Shown here in pieces: positions 63,803 through 64,000 of a stretch of 64,000 nt of DNA. The stretch is from Pavona decussata (lineage: Eukaryota). The notes beneath the pieces are model-generated. The model saw only the letters and a program-made list of their open reading frames with translations, was not told the origin of the DNA and searched no databases. The stretch's first letter is position 1; each line of letters starts with the position of its first letter. Location: assembly GCA_977016875.1 (NCBI GenBank), contig CDRNST010000067.1, forward strand, positions 3,224,001-3,288,000, written 5' to 3'. Both the position numbers and the translations under genes were made by a program.

Positions 63803-64000
63803 TAGTACCTAGGGTTAAGGCTCTCGAGTTTTGCAAATTGGTTTACGAACTATTGAAATGATTTAAGACCATTGTACAACTAAAACGTCTTTTAAAACTT
63901 GATTTCAAGGGGGACAGCGTGAGACCGCCCATTGCTAGAACTACTCGATGTCTGTTGTTGTCATTTAACTTGCCAAATAAAACTAAGCTTACATTAAATC

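Noticed and set aside
63803-63818. Right terminus of the piggyBac (GGG|TTAA)
   Set aside because: Sequence before GGGTTAA does not complement the left end CCCCTTCACTACC.

Overview
AT-rich animal genomic DNA with spliceosomal introns. The repeat families (tRNA-derived repeat, AGGGAGCTTAAGC and GGGGTATCGAAT termini, Academ/Ngaro/ISL2EU mix) suggest a cnidarian, probably a scleractinian coral; this is inference. The window is essentially a nest of transposable elements and I see no clear housekeeping gene. Main content: (1) an apparently intact 10.8-kb EnSpm/CACTA-type element (15130-25891, GCT TSD) with a 7-exon ~1064-aa transposase and a divergent 6-exon ~358-aa SAM-domain gene; (2) a 6.8-kb AcademX element with ~0.9-kb TIRs; (3) a Ngaro/DIRS-type tyrosine-recombinase retrotransposon (SGNH hydrolase, gag, RT/RNase H, YR) whose RT is split by a Kolobok MITE and whose non-coding parts carry repeated hairpins; (4) a 2.5-kb TAA-TSD TIR element carrying a spliced gene with a complete CIDE-N domain; (5) decayed pieces of L2/CR1, L1/Tx1, Penelope, Gypsy, hAT, pogo, ISL2EU, Harbinger, MULE-like, piggyBac and a Helentron-type non-autonomous element. 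All exon models and family assignments were read by hand from motifs; no database search was run.
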